Of a stretch of 64,000 nucleotides of DNA, positions 14,266-28,119 are shown in pieces; the stretch's first letter is position 1, and every line of letters begins with the position of its first letter. This DNA comes from Eledone cirrhosa (Eukaryota), in the NCBI GenBank assembly GCA_964016885.1, contig OZ024747.1, forward strand, positions 60,636,001-60,700,000, read 5' to 3'. Made by a program: the position numbers and the translations under genes. Under the pieces are notes generated by a model. The model saw only the letters and a list, made by a program, of their open reading frames with translations, made no database searches and had not been told where the DNA came from.

Positions 14266-14576
14266 CCCTGTAATGTGTTGTAGAAGTGAGACTGTAGTAA
14301 TATTGTTTTATATTCATGCACATCACAACATATAAGAGAAGGTCTGAGATAAATTTCCTGTAGCTATGAATATAGTTTTAAATCATGAGCATCTCTGTAA
14401 AGAAATGAAAAAAATATAAACATATTTTGTGTGTTTTGTGTGTGTATATATGTATAGATACATCATACATCTACTAGAAGGTATTTTTTTTCTTTGTGGT
14501 CTTTGATTATAATATCTGGTCCGTTGACCTTGCTCTCTATCTGTATGTATGTATTATTATTATTATTATTATAAAG

Positions 14577-14760
14577 TGGATTGGCAGTATCGGTAGAGGG
14601 TTGGACACCATGCTTTGCAGCATAGAGTTACGGCCCTTGCCATTGAGTTCAAATCCCGCCGGGGTTAACTTTGCCTTTCATCCTTACGGGGTCGATAAAA
14701 TAAAGTACCAGTAATGCACTGGGATAATTTGTGGCCTTGTACCAAAAGTAGAAACACTTA
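14577..14760 (+). mobile_element. tRNA-derived SINE with Nin-like domain
   Basis: A-box-like TGGCAGTATCGG, B box GAGTTCAAATCCC, then GCCTTTCATCCTTACGGGGTCGATAAAATAAAGTACC; (ATT)n on both flanks. Confidence 0.85.
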
Positions 14761-14924
14761 TTATTATTATTATCATATATATATATAAATCAGGAAGAGT
14801 TCAGTTAGAAACTGGTTAGACCATTACTTACTAGAGTACTCGATACTTGGGATAGTAGAGTATGGTTATATGAATGAGACAGGACACCGACAGCTGAGCT
14901 CTTGCCATTTCAACTAGCTGACTC

Positions 14925-14964
<40 letters not shown>

Positions 14965-14991
14965 TTGTGCATATATAAATTCACATATGTA

Positions 14992-15341
14992 TAAAATACA
15001 CCACCGTCCCACCACCCCCACCCCATCCACACCGCTCCCTTCTATGTAAAGTTATGTTGGTGCCACACCATCCAGGCCGAAACAAATGAGATCGTGTAGG
15101 TGTCACGACAAAAAAACACACAGTCCACGCTGTAATGTGGCCGTGTAGGCAACACGGTAAAAACCTCCCAGACCCACACTGTAAATGTGGTTGGTGTTAG
15201 GAAGGGCATCCAACTGTAGAAAACCTGCCAGACAGTCCTATGCGAGCAAGACAATCACTCTTGCCTCAAGTGGGAATACCCCCGTCCAAACCCATGCGAG
15301 CGTGGAACACGGACGTTAAACGTTGATGATGATGATGATGA
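14992..15341 (+). mobile_element. 5'-truncated young RTE copy (3' UTR plus (GAT)n tail)
   Basis: Nearly identical to the reverse complement of 58564-58910. Confidence 0.92.
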
Positions 15342-15585
15342 TATATGTATATTTTGATAATGTATTTAGTAAAGAATTTTTTTTTTTAATATTAGAAAAT
15401 AAAATGAAGATCTAAGATATATTTTTCTTTTCACTTCTCTCTTCTATAGCATCTCTGAAAAACTGAATATTCTGTAATATATATATATTAAAGAATTAAA
15501 CAAGATTCAATGAGTACATCAAAGAATGAGTTTTACAGTAGATTGGAAGCACTCTACAGTAAAATAATTTTCCAGAGTTATTAAT

Positions 15586-15874
15586 ATTAAAATACAAATA
15601 TTAATAAAATAGATGTTCTTTTGATCAATTAAATTTTATTATACATATTTCAGAGGTACAGCAGTACGTCCTCATCAGACAAAATATAATGGTTAAGATT
15701 AAATGGTTAAGATTTAATCAAGGTAGTACCTTGATTAAATCTTAACCATTTAACATCTCAGGGTATGTCATGTATCATTATATTTTGTCTGATGAGGACG
15801 TACTGTTGTACCTCTGAAATATGTATAATAAAATTTAATTGATCAAAAGAACATCTATTTTATTAATATTTGTA

Positions 15875-15882
<8 letters not shown>
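15586..15882. mobile_element. Fold-back element with two outward-facing hammerhead motifs (PLE-like)
   Basis: Inverted arms centred near 15727 (AATCAAGGTA-G-TACCTTGATT); motifs at 15633-15685 (-) and 15782-15834 (+). Confidence 0.75.
15782..15834 (+). ncRNA. Minimal hammerhead motif (mirror copy at 15633-15685 on -)
   Basis: ATTTTGT-CTGATGA-GGACGTAC/GTACCTCT-GAAA-T-ATGT-A-TA-ATAAAAT. Confidence 0.65.
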
Positions 15883-15913
<31 letters not shown>

Positions 15914-16634
15914 GTGTGTGTGTGTGCACATATATATATATATACACACACACATATATATATATATATCTGTGTGTGCACAAATACACCTTCTCCTTCA
16001 ATATTTTCTATCATTTCACTACTATCATGTCTATGTCTACTGCTGCTGCGTTTAAAATTATTATTATTGTTGTTGTTGTTGTTGTTGTTGGAGTGCTGGT
16101 GATGATGGTGATGGTGGTAGTGCTGGTGATGTAGTGATGGCCATGGTGATGATCATGATGGTGATAGTGATGTAGTGATGGAGTGATGGTGATGTAGTTT
16201 TGGCTGTGGTGGTGATGGTGATGATGGTGATGGCCGTGGTGATGGAGTGATGATGATAGAGATGTAGTCATGGCCGTGGTGATGGAGTGATGTAGTTTTG
16301 GCTGTGGTGGTGATGGCTGTGGTGATGATGGTGATGGCCGTGGTGATGTTTCATGATATTATTGCTATAGTTTCTCTTTTTAATATCTAATATTGCTTTT
16401 CTTATGTCATTTTGTTTTCAATCAATACAGACGCACATTTGTGATAAGTTAATAAAAATCTACTGATGCATCACTAATCATTTTATCATAATCTGTTGGT
16501 AGGAAGACATGTTGAGAGGTATGCTTAGGATGTAGTTTTTATATTTGCTAGTGATGGTGTATATTAGCAAATGACACCAGGAATAATTGTTCTCACTGCC
16601 ATGATATGACAAGAAACAGAACGTTTTTATTTAT

Positions 16635-17395
16635 AACTTAAACCGGCAGTATCTGGCCAGAATTCTCTCACTTCTTTCTGTTCAAACCAGTTGTAAACGG
16701 CTGCTCATTCTTATGTTAAGTTATTGATCTCAAAATAAATAATATCACAATCTCATAGATTTGATATTATGTGAGATAAAACTTTTATCATGAAAATATA
16801 TTAAATATAGAGTAATGTAAATGCTAAAGGGTTAAAGTACTCCTTGGCTAATACCCCATAATGACAACAAACAACACGTTTATAGTTATAACTTAACCCT
16901 TTATCATTTAAGCCGGCCGTATCCAGCCAGAATTCTCTCACCTCTTTCTGTTCAAACTGGCTGTAACTGGTCACTCATACTGATGTTAAAGTATTGTTCT
17001 CAAAATAAATAACATCAAAATCTCATAAATTCGATATTATGTAAGATAAAAATACAACAGTATATATAGAGTAATGTAAATGCTAAAGAGTTAAGGTAGA
17101 GTATCTCTCCTTGGCTAACACCTCCCCAGCATTACATACAGCATTTAAACCGGCCATACCCAGCCAGAATTCTCTCACCCGTTTCTTTTCAAACCAGCTG
17201 TAAATAGCTGCTCATATTTATGTTAAATTATTGTTCTCAAAAGAATAATATAACAATCTCATAGATTCGATATTATATGAGATAAAGCTTTTACCGTGAA
17301 AATATAATAATAAATATAGAGTAACTTAAATGCTAAAGGATTATGGTAGAGTATCTCTCCTTGGCTAACACCCCTCCAGCATTTAATCCATTCTA
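16635..17395. mobile_element. Three tandem copies of piggyBac-like MITE family 2 plus flank
   Basis: About 250-bp period; ends TTAACCCTTTA ... TAAAGGGTTAA; flank CTCCTTGGCTAA after each copy. Other copies near 4561-4686, 18200-18392, 23954-24122 and 26600-26760. Confidence 0.75.
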
Positions 17396-17632
17396 ATTGT
17401 AAAGAGAAGAACCTCTCTTAGCTTCAACATCTCTCTAGTACATTCACATAACACAAAGTGTTTATAAAATCTGTGTTCAAATTGGAATAGTAACTCTTTT
17501 GAACCCAAAGCATTTGGATGGAGGGATTTAGTAATATAACTATTTTATTTTTATTAAAAACAAACTTAGAATTTTTGTTTTGACAAAGGGCAATAATCCA
17601 GAAACATTATTGTCAATAATGGTGAATTGGGT

Positions 17633-17816
17633 GGTGAATTGGCAGTATCAGTAGAGGGTCGGACGCCATGCTTTCCAGCATAGTTACGTCCCTTTACGAT
17701 CTGAGTTCAAATCCCGCCGAGGTTAACTTTGCCTTTCATCCTTACAGGGTCGATAAAATAAAGTACCAGTAATACACTGGATAATTGCTGGCCTTGTGCC
17801 AAAAGTAGAAACAATT
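17633..17816 (+). mobile_element. Nin-like tRNA-SINE
   Basis: Highly similar to 14577-14760. Confidence 0.85.
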
Positions 17817-18411
17817 ATTGTCAATTGTTTCTCTCTGTCACTGCGAGAACAAAAGTATGGTGATGGTCATGTAAAAAACATAGCGTAATAAGGCTGTTTG
17901 CTGCAAATGATTCATTATAAAATTCCTGAATGCATTTATCTTTTTTATTATTTATCTGGTCTCAAACCACCCTTGGTTCCATGATATGAAGCTATTTATT
18001 TCAAAGTGATTATATTTATGTCAAACCTTTCCATCATAATTTTATGTAAGAAACTTGGTTGAATAATATTCCAAAGAATAATAATAAAAGAGGTAGTAAT
18101 ATTAGTAAATCCCTCCATCCAAATTCTTGAATATTTTCAAGCTTCTTTGAAAATCCTATACAATGCCTTTCATTAGAAATGTAATGACAAAAGGGTTAAC
18201 CCTTTACCATTGACATTACTCTATATTTATTATTGTATTTTTGCAGTAAAGGCCTTATCTCACATAATATAAAATATATGAGATTTTGATGTTATTTATT
18301 TTGAGAACAATACCTTAACATCGGTATGAGCAACCGATTATGGCCAGTTTGAACAGAAGATGAGATAATTCTGGCTGGATACAACCAGTTTAATAAATTT
18401 AAATGTAGAAA

Positions 18412-18695
18412 CAGGGCTGGATTTACTGGGGGGTCAACTGGGCCTCCTACAGTGTGGGGCTCCACCAACAATGGCTGTAGCAATTTATTTGTGCCCTCAG
18501 CTGGGCTTTATAGTTTTTGGATGGTTAGAATTTTTGAATTAATACCTGTATGTATAACTTTTCAATTCCAATTACTTGTACCAAGCTAACTTTGATATTG
18601 AAATTGGGGGGTTTGCTCTGTATTTTTAATTTCTTGTGTATGAGGGGCCCTCCAAACCCGGAGTGCTCTGCCCCTAAGGTATAAATCGAACCTTG
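18412..18695. mobile_element. hAT-like MITE, older copy
   Basis: CAGGGCTGGATTTA ... TAAATCGAACCTTG; internal match to 3361-3667 in reverse; flanks TGTAGAAA / TGTACAAT match at 6 of 8 positions. Confidence 0.75.
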
Positions 18696-19209
18696 TGTAC
18701 AATTGAGAGAATTTTACAGTTAACTGTATATAAATGCTTTATTTATATAATTTATATAATCTTCCTAATTGATTAAAGTTTATTATAACTAATTAGTGGA
18801 ACATTTACAATGATTTATTAAACCGGTTAGCACAATCTATCATAAAACATGGTGATTGATTTGAATGTTAGGAAAGTAAACTGCATTGCATAAAATATGT
18901 ATAAGATTTTTATATTTAGTTTAACCCTTCCAAGGCCATATTTCTAATGAAATGCATTGCATATATATTTCAATTAATTTTTGGAATAATTAAACATTTA
19001 GAGGAATGCCGTAAAATAACTGACATTCTCGTAATTACATTGCCGTTTAGAAGATAATTTAATAAATGTTCGTACATAGTTTTGTGATGGAGAGTTTTAA
19101 TATAAGCCTGAACACTTTAAAATGGGCAATACTGTATTTTAAACCTGACAGATCCCATTTTTCTTTTGGTATAAACAAAACTGATTTCTTTCAACAATAG
19201 AAGAATGGA

Positions 19210-19494
19210 AGTACGCCCAGTCCACACTATAAAGTGGTTGTGTAGGTGTCACAACAAAAAACACCCAGCCCACACTGTAAAGTGGTCGTGTTGGTGACAC
19301 AACAAGAAGTGCCCAGCCTTCACTGTAATGTGGTCGTGTTGGTGTCACGTCAAAACCAACCAGCACACTCTGTAAATGTGGTTGGCATTAAGAAGAGCAT
19401 ACAGCCTTAGAAACCAAGCCAAAATCAGTTCTGACCTCTCACAAAGGGACAGCCCATCCTACCCATGCTAGCATGGAAAATGGATGTCAAACGG

Positions 19495-19530
<36 letters not shown>
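19210..19530 (+). mobile_element. RTE-type 3' tail with about 4 copies of the 48-bp unit and (GAT)n
   Basis: CACTGTAAAGTGGTCGTG units, then CCCATGCTAGCATGGAAAATGGATG and GAT repeats. Confidence 0.8.
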
Positions 19531-19531
<1 letters not shown>

Positions 19532-19544
19532 CGAACCTCCAGTA

Positions 19545-19690
19545 GTGAAGTGATATTTTATTTATCAACCTTAAAGGAATGAAGGCAAAGTCAACTGTGG
19601 TGGGATTTGAACTCAGAGTACAAAGAACTGGGATATATCTTACAAATCATTCTATGCAATGTACTAACTACTCTGCCAATTTGCTGCCAT
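19545..19690 (-). mobile_element. Decayed Nin-like SINE
   Basis: TTTTATCAACC...GAAGGCAAAGTC...GGGATTTGAACTCAG. Confidence 0.65.
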
Positions 19691-20279
19691 ATATAGCTGA
19701 ATATTAATCACTTTGCATTAAAGTGCCTCACACTACAGATAATAACATTACCTAAAATATGTCGGCTTTCTATTGGGGCTTGGAGGTTAATTCTTAGTCA
19801 ATGTTCAATGTTCAGTGTGAATGATATAAAAACAAACAAAAAAAAAATCAAACAAAAATACTTTAACTCCTATGTGAAACTTATGTGCTATAAATTTTAT
19901 TGAAATTGCCAACACATTACTAACTTTAGCTTAGTTACTATCAAAATGAACAGTTCTACCAAAAATATCGCAATAATGATAATAATAATACTAATAATAA
20001 TAAAAATACTACTACTACTACTACTAATAATAATAATAATAATAATAAAATAACAATAAAGTAACAACAACCTGTAGTAAATCACACTAAACATACATAC
20101 ATACTCAAGACAAAAATCTAATTAACTTATAATTAGATAAATTATCATACATGCGTTTCTCGTATATATATATATATATATATATTACATATATATTACA
20201 TATATATATACACACACACATATGTATATATACACACACATATATATATATATATACATATATATACACACACACACAC

Positions 20280-20310
<31 letters not shown>

Positions 20311-20396
20311 TATATATATATACACACACATACATATATATACACACACACATATATATATATATACACACACATATATATATATACATATATGTA

Positions 20397-20427
<31 letters not shown>

Positions 20428-20470
20428 GTATATATATATATATACACACACACATATATATATATATACA

Positions 20471-20512
<42 letters not shown>

Positions 20513-20521
20513 CATATATAT

Positions 20522-20572
<51 letters not shown>

Positions 20573-21514
20573 TGTATATATACATATATATATACACACA
20601 CACATATATATATATATATTCTTTTAGTGTTTTGTTCATTTAGTTTCCAATATATTTGTAATACCGTAGCTTTTTAAGAAATATTGAAAATTTAATAACT
20701 AATAATATCTTTAGTTATTACTTTAGACGAGAGATTTATTTCTCTGTTTTATCCTCGTCGTTTTTATATTTTTGTTATTTGTTTATTTTCCATGTTTTGT
20801 TATTATTATTTTTAGTCTTGTTATTATTATCATTATTGTTATTGTTTTTGTTGTTGTTGTTGTTGTTGTTATTATGGAAAGGAATAAAGTTCAGAATTGT
20901 GTTGGAGGGAGGAGGGTGGAGGTGATGGCAGTGGTGTTTGGTGTGTGGGTTGGGAAAACGGTTCCGGTAATTAGAAAAATAACGATTTTCATTAAAGTTT
21001 AATGACACCTGTTATTTGGAAAGTGAGTTACAATAAAACATGTCTGCACGGTTTACAATCTGTAACATTTGTACAACTGGGGGGGTCAGTCAGGGTAGAA
21101 TATAACCTTATGTAACCCTCGGCTACATATGATGGGGCTGGGCTGGAGGAGAAAGGCTTAAGGTCAAATGTTATATTTATAGTGTTGGTGCAGTTGTTTG
21201 AGTACCTTATTAATAGGAATGGCAGAATTACTAAAGTGTCAGATGAAATACTTTTTAACAATATTTCTTCTGGCTCTGTAGGTTAAGAGTTCAAATCCCG
21301 CTAAGAACAGCTTTACTTTTCATCCACCTGGAGTCAATGAAATGTAACTTCACTCAAGTATTAAGACATATATAAATGACTATATGTCTACCCTAAATGT
21401 GCATGTAGTCGCTTTCTTATAATTTTGAGTATATATTTGACTAGTCACCTTCCTGGTGGCATGGTTGTTATGAAAAGGAAATTTTTGGTGTCCTATGTGC
21501 AATTGTATGTAACT

Positions 21515-21810
21515 AGAGCATTGAGCTTACAATAATTAGGTTGTGAGTTTGATTCTCGGACCGGGCTTTGTGTTGTGTTCTTGAGCAAGACACTTTATTT
21601 CATGCTGCTCCAGTTCACTCAGCCGTAGAAATGAGTTGCGGTGTTACTGGTGCCAAGCTATATCAGCCATTGCCTTTCCTTTGGACATCATCGGTGACAT
21701 GGAGAGGGGAGACTGGTATGCATGTGCGACTGCTGGTCTTTCACAAACAAACCTTGCCCGGACTTGGGCCTCAGAGGGAAATTTCTAGATGCAAATCACA
21801 TGGTCATTAG
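21515..21810 (+). mobile_element. CORE-type tRNA-SINE
   Basis: GAGTTTGATTC B-box-like motif; core and tail as in 13005-13335. Confidence 0.85.
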
Positions 21811-21842
21811 TGACTGTAGCAGTCTTAGCCTCATTTTTATGT

Positions 21843-22428
21843 ATCATCATCATCATCATCATCATTGTATAACGTCCATCTTCCACGCTAGCATGGGTTT
21901 GGACGGGAATTTTCCCACTTGAAGCAAGATTGGTTGTCTTGCTCATATAGGACTGTCTGGCGGGTTTTCTACGGCTGGATGCCCTTCCTAACACCAACGA
22001 CGTTAACAGTGTGGACTGGGAGGATTTTACCATGTTACCTACATGGCCACATTACAGCGTGGACTGTCTGGCGGGTTTTCTACGGCTGGATGCCCTTCCT
22101 AACACCAACGACGTTAACAGTGTGGACTGGGAGGTTTTTACCGTGTTACCTACATGGCCACATTACAGCGTGGACTGTGTTTTTTTTTTGTCGTGACACC
22201 TACACGACCTCATTTGTTTCGGACTGGATGTTGTGGTACCAACATAACTTCACATTGAAGGGGGTGGTGTGGATGGGGTGGGGGTAGTGGGGACGGGGTG
22301 TATTTTTGTTAGAGGTGCCTACTGACTGTAGGTTTCGCTTTGTACTTAGGCAAGGCGGGTCTTCTGTATGACTGTGTAGTGCCAAAGATCTCGGTCCAGT
22401 GACATTGTCTTCGAGAGGTGTAAGTGTG
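21843..22428 (-). mobile_element. 5'-truncated RTE copy (ORF end plus 3' UTR) with a 111-bp internal tandem duplication
   Basis: Matches 58564-59036; 21951-22061 is repeated at 22062-22172. Confidence 0.9.
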
Positions 22429-22496
22429 TGTATATATATATATATTTATGTATGTGTGTGTCTATGCATGTATATATGTGTGTATGTATGTGTGTA

Positions 22497-22985
22497 TCAG
22501 GTCACTCTTCAGCACTACTGGTAACATGTAGCCCAATACAACATGTCCATGGTCGGGTCATCGGTGACTTTACCAGCAACCTCACCAAGCTTGCTCGGAG
22601 AGAAGGATGAATTTGGATACCCTGTGGGATGAAAGATAAGACTCGTCAAACGGTGGAGGAACTCAAGAAAGTCAATGGCCATCCAATAAAGATTTTTTTT
22701 TTTTGTGGTGCGAAAGCCTTTTAAGACATCTCTCCCGAAGAAGGTCACTCTGATATAAAACCTGTGACTTCGTTTGCATCCAATGATGGAGACCAGTTCT
22801 ACTTTTTGGGTAAATGCATTCAATTTTCAGAGAATGGGTATGGCCCCATACAAAGCATTTCCTCACTTCAAAAAGCTTCAAGCACAGGCACTGCTTGATA
22901 TGTGACATATTTTGTGATGCATGGTATGGTTGACCATAGGCAAGTCCTTAGCAGGACTAAAAAGTCATGTCCATAATGCTTGGCC
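22497..22985 (+). mobile_element. Unclassified interspersed repeat
   Basis: Homologous to 37670-38085 (+) and 50550-50722 (-); shared AGAAGGTCACTCTG.TATAAAACCTG and GGCCCCATACAAAG with the 37.7k copy. Confidence 0.65.
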
Positions 22986-24399
22986 AGTCTCTCTTGGGAA
23001 TCTAACTGGATCAGTTGGAGATAGTTGCTTATGACAGGACTCGCTGGATGGAGTGTTTTGAGGACTCTACACACATGACCCTTTCAGGAATAAATGAGCG
23101 AAGAATGATGATAAGAAAAAATATATCTAAAAGAGGTATATTATTTCAGATGGTTATAGCATCTTTTTTAGTGGATATATCAGCAGAAACTAAAATGAAG
23201 ACATTAGTTTTTAATGTGATGCAGTCATATTGCTGTTTTGTACTGTCCAAGCATGTCTTGCTTCTGAAGTTTCATTCGGTATGGTATGTTAAGAGTTAAA
23301 CAATCATTGTCAAAACTGACAGAGAACCATTTTGTGTGGATATACTATCAATATATAATTGATATTGTCTTTTTATGTAGTGTGTGTGTGCTTGTTAATG
23401 TAGGACAATAGCTTCAATAGACTGACCATCTAACTGACAGTTATAACTGACTATAAAAAATACATAGATTTTCCTTTCAAAGTTGTTGTTCATTCATAGT
23501 GAGACAGTCATTTTGTTTTCTGTGTTCATTTTATTTCTAGATTTTCTTGATATTAGCTGTAGGAACTGTAACTCAATATCTTCTGATAACTTCATTACTC
23601 CTCTGATGGACTGATTTGATATATCTAATATATTTCTGCAGCTTTTACAATTCCCAGTTGTACTGAGAAAATGTTAACCTTTTTGTTACTATATTTCTAA
23701 GAAAATCTATAGCCTATAATTTTCAAAAGATTTTGAAAATAATCAAGATTTCGGATGGAAGGATTTTGTAATATAACTAACTTTCTCATTATTAAGATAG
23801 TGTTAGGAACACAAAAAATGTTCTTACATAAAATCATGATCGAAGGCTTTAAATTAATACAAACACTTTAAAATAAACAACTTAGTATCATAGTGGTTGA
23901 GTGGATGATATACAAACTTGATGAGGGTCCAGTTAGATCTGAAAATCAATTAACCCTTTAACATTTACATTACTCTATATTTACTATTGTATTGAGATTT
24001 TGATATTATTTATTTTGAGAACAATACCTTAACATAAGTATAAGCAGCCAGTTATGGCCAGTTTGAACAGAAAGAGGTGAGAGAGTTCTGGCTGGATATG
24101 ACCAGTTTAAATGCTAATGGGCTAAAGATGATTATCATTTTTTCTTTTTTGTGTACCTGAGCACTAAATATAATAATTTTCATTATTATTATTAGCCCTT
24201 GTGGCCAATAAAGAAACCACTATTATTATTATTATTATTTTATTATTATAATAATCATGGGTGGTATCAGGTGGTTTGGTACCAAAGGGTCTAATAACAA
24301 CCTTGTTAAACATCTCTCTTACACAAGGCTCTGAACCCAACCTCATTTCATTCAAGTTCAGTATGATCATAGTGTCTACAATTTTGTAAGACTCCATTC

Positions 24400-24840
24400 C
24401 ATTTTCATCTTCTTCTTTGCCTACTTATTTCTGGGAGGTCCTTCCATTGATCTGGTTGCTGGATCCCCAAACAAAACCAGCCAAGCTCATGGATGTTATC
24501 TAAACATCTTGCTTAGAGGTCTATCCCTGTGTTTCTTGCCTGTTGATTTTGCCTGTAAAATCTCTCCAGCAATTCTTTCTTGAGATATTCTAACCACATG
24601 TCCATAATATTGGAGCTGTGATCTCTCAATTTGGAGAAGTAGCGGCTCTACCTAGAGTGACTCTCTGATCTTTGAGCTACACACTCTATCGAGTAACATT
24701 ACTCCAAAGACCCTTTGGTGTAACTCCATTTTGGCCGCTAGTATTTGCTATCATATTCTTCAGGTCATTATCCAAGATTCATGACCATATGTAAGGATTA
24801 GCATGAATAATTAATTGAAAATAGCATGTTTGGCTTTTAC
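24400..24840 (-). pseudogene. Decayed RTE-like LINE C-terminal fragment
   Basis: Minus strand reads EPLLLQIERSQLQYYGHVVRISQERIAGEILQAKSTGKKHRDRP. Confidence 0.7.
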
Positions 24841-25466
24841 ATCTTAATAGCAGTGATATTTTGGGTTTAAATTTTTTGGCAATAAAATTTCTGTGACCTT
24901 GTAGAATGTTTACATCGTTCTCTCACTTTGCATAGATCTTCTGAGGTTTAATAGTTTCCAAATGTTTCCTGAATAAAGCAACATTGAATATCTGCATTGT
25001 TTTTTCCCTTTTGTTCAACTAACGATCTTCAATATCAACTCAACCAAAGCCAGCACCAGTTCTGTGAAACAAAAAGCACCCATTTTAATGGGTTCCTACT
25101 TGAATCAAAATTTTCAAACATAATTTCAGTAAATCTATCAATTTTTTTATATTAATTAATTGCAATAGGAAATACTGTCATGAAACGGTTAAATAGAACT
25201 GGCTGTGTGGTTAAGACATTCACTTTGTAACCTTGTAGTTTAGGGTTTATTCCCATTGTGTGGCATCGCGGGCAAGTGTTTTTTGCTATAGCCTCTGGTT
25301 GACTGTATTTGATAGATGGAAATCACAAAAGCACGTTATATATATATGTGTGTGTGTGTGTGTCTGTTGGTCTGTGTTTATATCTTTTTTGTTCAAGAAA
25401 ATGTATCTAATTTGAGAAAAGAAGTACTGGGGTTGATATGTTCAACTAAATCTCCATAAAGCAATG

Positions 25467-25517
<51 letters not shown>

Positions 25518-25657
25518 GTAGAACACTGGAAGGTAATATCCGTAGTGGTAGAGCACTCAGTCCATGGGACGAGTTAGGTAGAAGTGGTTACACAACAGTT
25601 AGTTTACCATACAGAGAACAATTGTTTCACCTTAGCGGATCCTCAGCTCGTAATGGA

Positions 25658-25698
<41 letters not shown>

Positions 25699-25702
25699 AT
25701 AT

Positions 25703-25746
<44 letters not shown>

Positions 25747-27789
25747 ATGTTTATATATATATATGTATGCAAAATCAAACAGAAATAACAAAGCAAACGA
25801 CATACTACAATAAAGTATTATATTATTAGTTTTACGCTCGATATAGTAGGAAAAGAGTCTTAAAATCGACATTAAATGTTGATATATATATATATATATT
25901 CTTCACACACACATGCACACTGTATTTTATTGTCATATGTGATATAGTTTTATCATATTGAAAAAGTTTTACAAGAGTAATCACAATCATTTCACACTTT
26001 CTTAACTAATTTAATGTAATTTTATTTAATAAATTTCAACTTTCTTCAACTTAGTTATATTATTTCAAACTTCTGATATAAGTAGATGTTTCTCTAAATA
26101 TATTCAATTTCCAGTTAGTCTTTATTTAAGGCAGTTTCTATTTTCACATTGACAACTACAACACAATGTCTACCTAAATGATTTAATTCACTTACAAATA
26201 ATTAATTTAATCTATGTTTGTTATTTGAAAAATAATTTTAAAGATTTATTGATTGTTATTATTGTTGTTGTTGTTTTCAAACCTTCAGCCTGCTCTGATC
26301 TAGTAATCCTGTTATCAAAGTTATTCTAGGCATCACCATCCTATCTTTCTTACATGTATGCATGGCCTAATCATAAAGTTGTTGGTTTGATTCATAGACT
26401 AGGTAGGATGCTGTGTTCTTGAATAAGATATTTCATTTCATGCTGCTTCTTAGTTAGGACTAGGGTTGCTATCATTAATATACCCAAGAAACTTCCTATG
26501 CAATACAGCCTGCTCAGTCTAAATAATTGTGAGCTGTCAATTTCATACATTTTTATTTAAGACTGCATTATCGAATGTGACCTCTTTTACTATTGTATTT
26601 TCATGGTAAAGGCTTTATCTCGCATAATCTTGAGTCTACAAGAGTTTGATGATATTGTTTATTTTAAGAATGATTTGTTGTGAGTTGCTGGTTTCGGCAG
26701 GTTTCAAAAAGGGGAAATAATTCTCACTGGATACAGCCGGTTTAAATGCTAAAGGGTTAAAGAAGACTTCATTGCTATTTGTATTAGAGCAAACGATCAC
26801 ATAGAGACATCTTTATTGGCCAATAAATATACATTGATACAGGCACGAGTATATATAGATAAATATGTATATATGTCTTCACACAGAATTCTATACACTA
26901 GTGAGATCTGTGGAAAATTCGTTTTCTACGTGTAAAACTTTCTATTTTGATGCATGAGCTTATAATTCTCCATAACATTGTTACATTTGTTAATGATTTC
27001 AATAAATCTTTGATTTTGTTCTATAATTAAGATTGTGAAATGTATAGCACTCAAACTATATATATATGTGTGTGTGTATGTTTGTCTTCTATGGTGTTTG
27101 TATGTACATAAGTGTGTGTGTTCAATGTGAATGTGTAAGGGACATGTGGATGTGTGTGTGAGTGTGAAGGTAATTATTGGTATATGTGTTACTGGAAGTG
27201 TGCATGTATGTTAGGTTTACAAGTGGAAAAGTATGGGGCTTGAAGTGGTATTGATAGGAAAGTGAAGACTAGAAAAATTGTGTGGTGCATTGAGGCTGTT
27301 GGCAGTGGGAGTGAAGGTTTGGAGAGAGAGAATGAAGTGTTGTTCCCTCTGGAGACTTGATTCCAGAATGTTCTGGTGCTAGAAACAAGGCATAAGATAG
27401 TGAGGTGTTGTGTGAAGTGGCTAGTGGAGCAGTAACTTCAAGTAAGCAAAGATACATGTGTGTGTGTGTCTGTATATAGACACACACACACACATATATA
27501 TATATATACATATGTATACGCACACACATTACACACACATATACATATATATATACTCAAACACACATATACACACACACACATATATATAAACACACGC
27601 TTACATACATACATACATACAAACATATACACACAGATTTTAGCCGTGAGAATGAATATTTGATGATAATGATAATGATATATATATGTGTGTGTGTATA
27701 TGTATATATACACACACACATATATATATATCATTATGTAGATATATCTGTGCATATGTACATATATCTGTGCATGTATATATACATAT

Positions 27790-27827
<38 letters not shown>

Positions 27828-27858
27828 AATAGATAGATGTAAATAAATACATGCACAA

Positions 27859-27939
<81 letters not shown>

Positions 27940-28119
27940 GAAGAAGAAGATAGTTAATGTCTTATTTGATCTAATGACCACCTTGGTGGAAAGTCTGGGG
28001 AAATCTGTGATCGGTAGCATCGTTAAGATAGAGATTTATTAACTATTGATTAAGGAAGAAAGGTGGGATGAGGAGGGGGTGGATGGTGACAAGAGTGGAT
28101 TGGTAGTTGGAGTGGTAGT

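Noticed and set aside
14038-14283. Plus-strand ~80-codon open frame as a host exon
   Set aside because: The minus strand better matches a CRE-like retrotransposon C-terminus.
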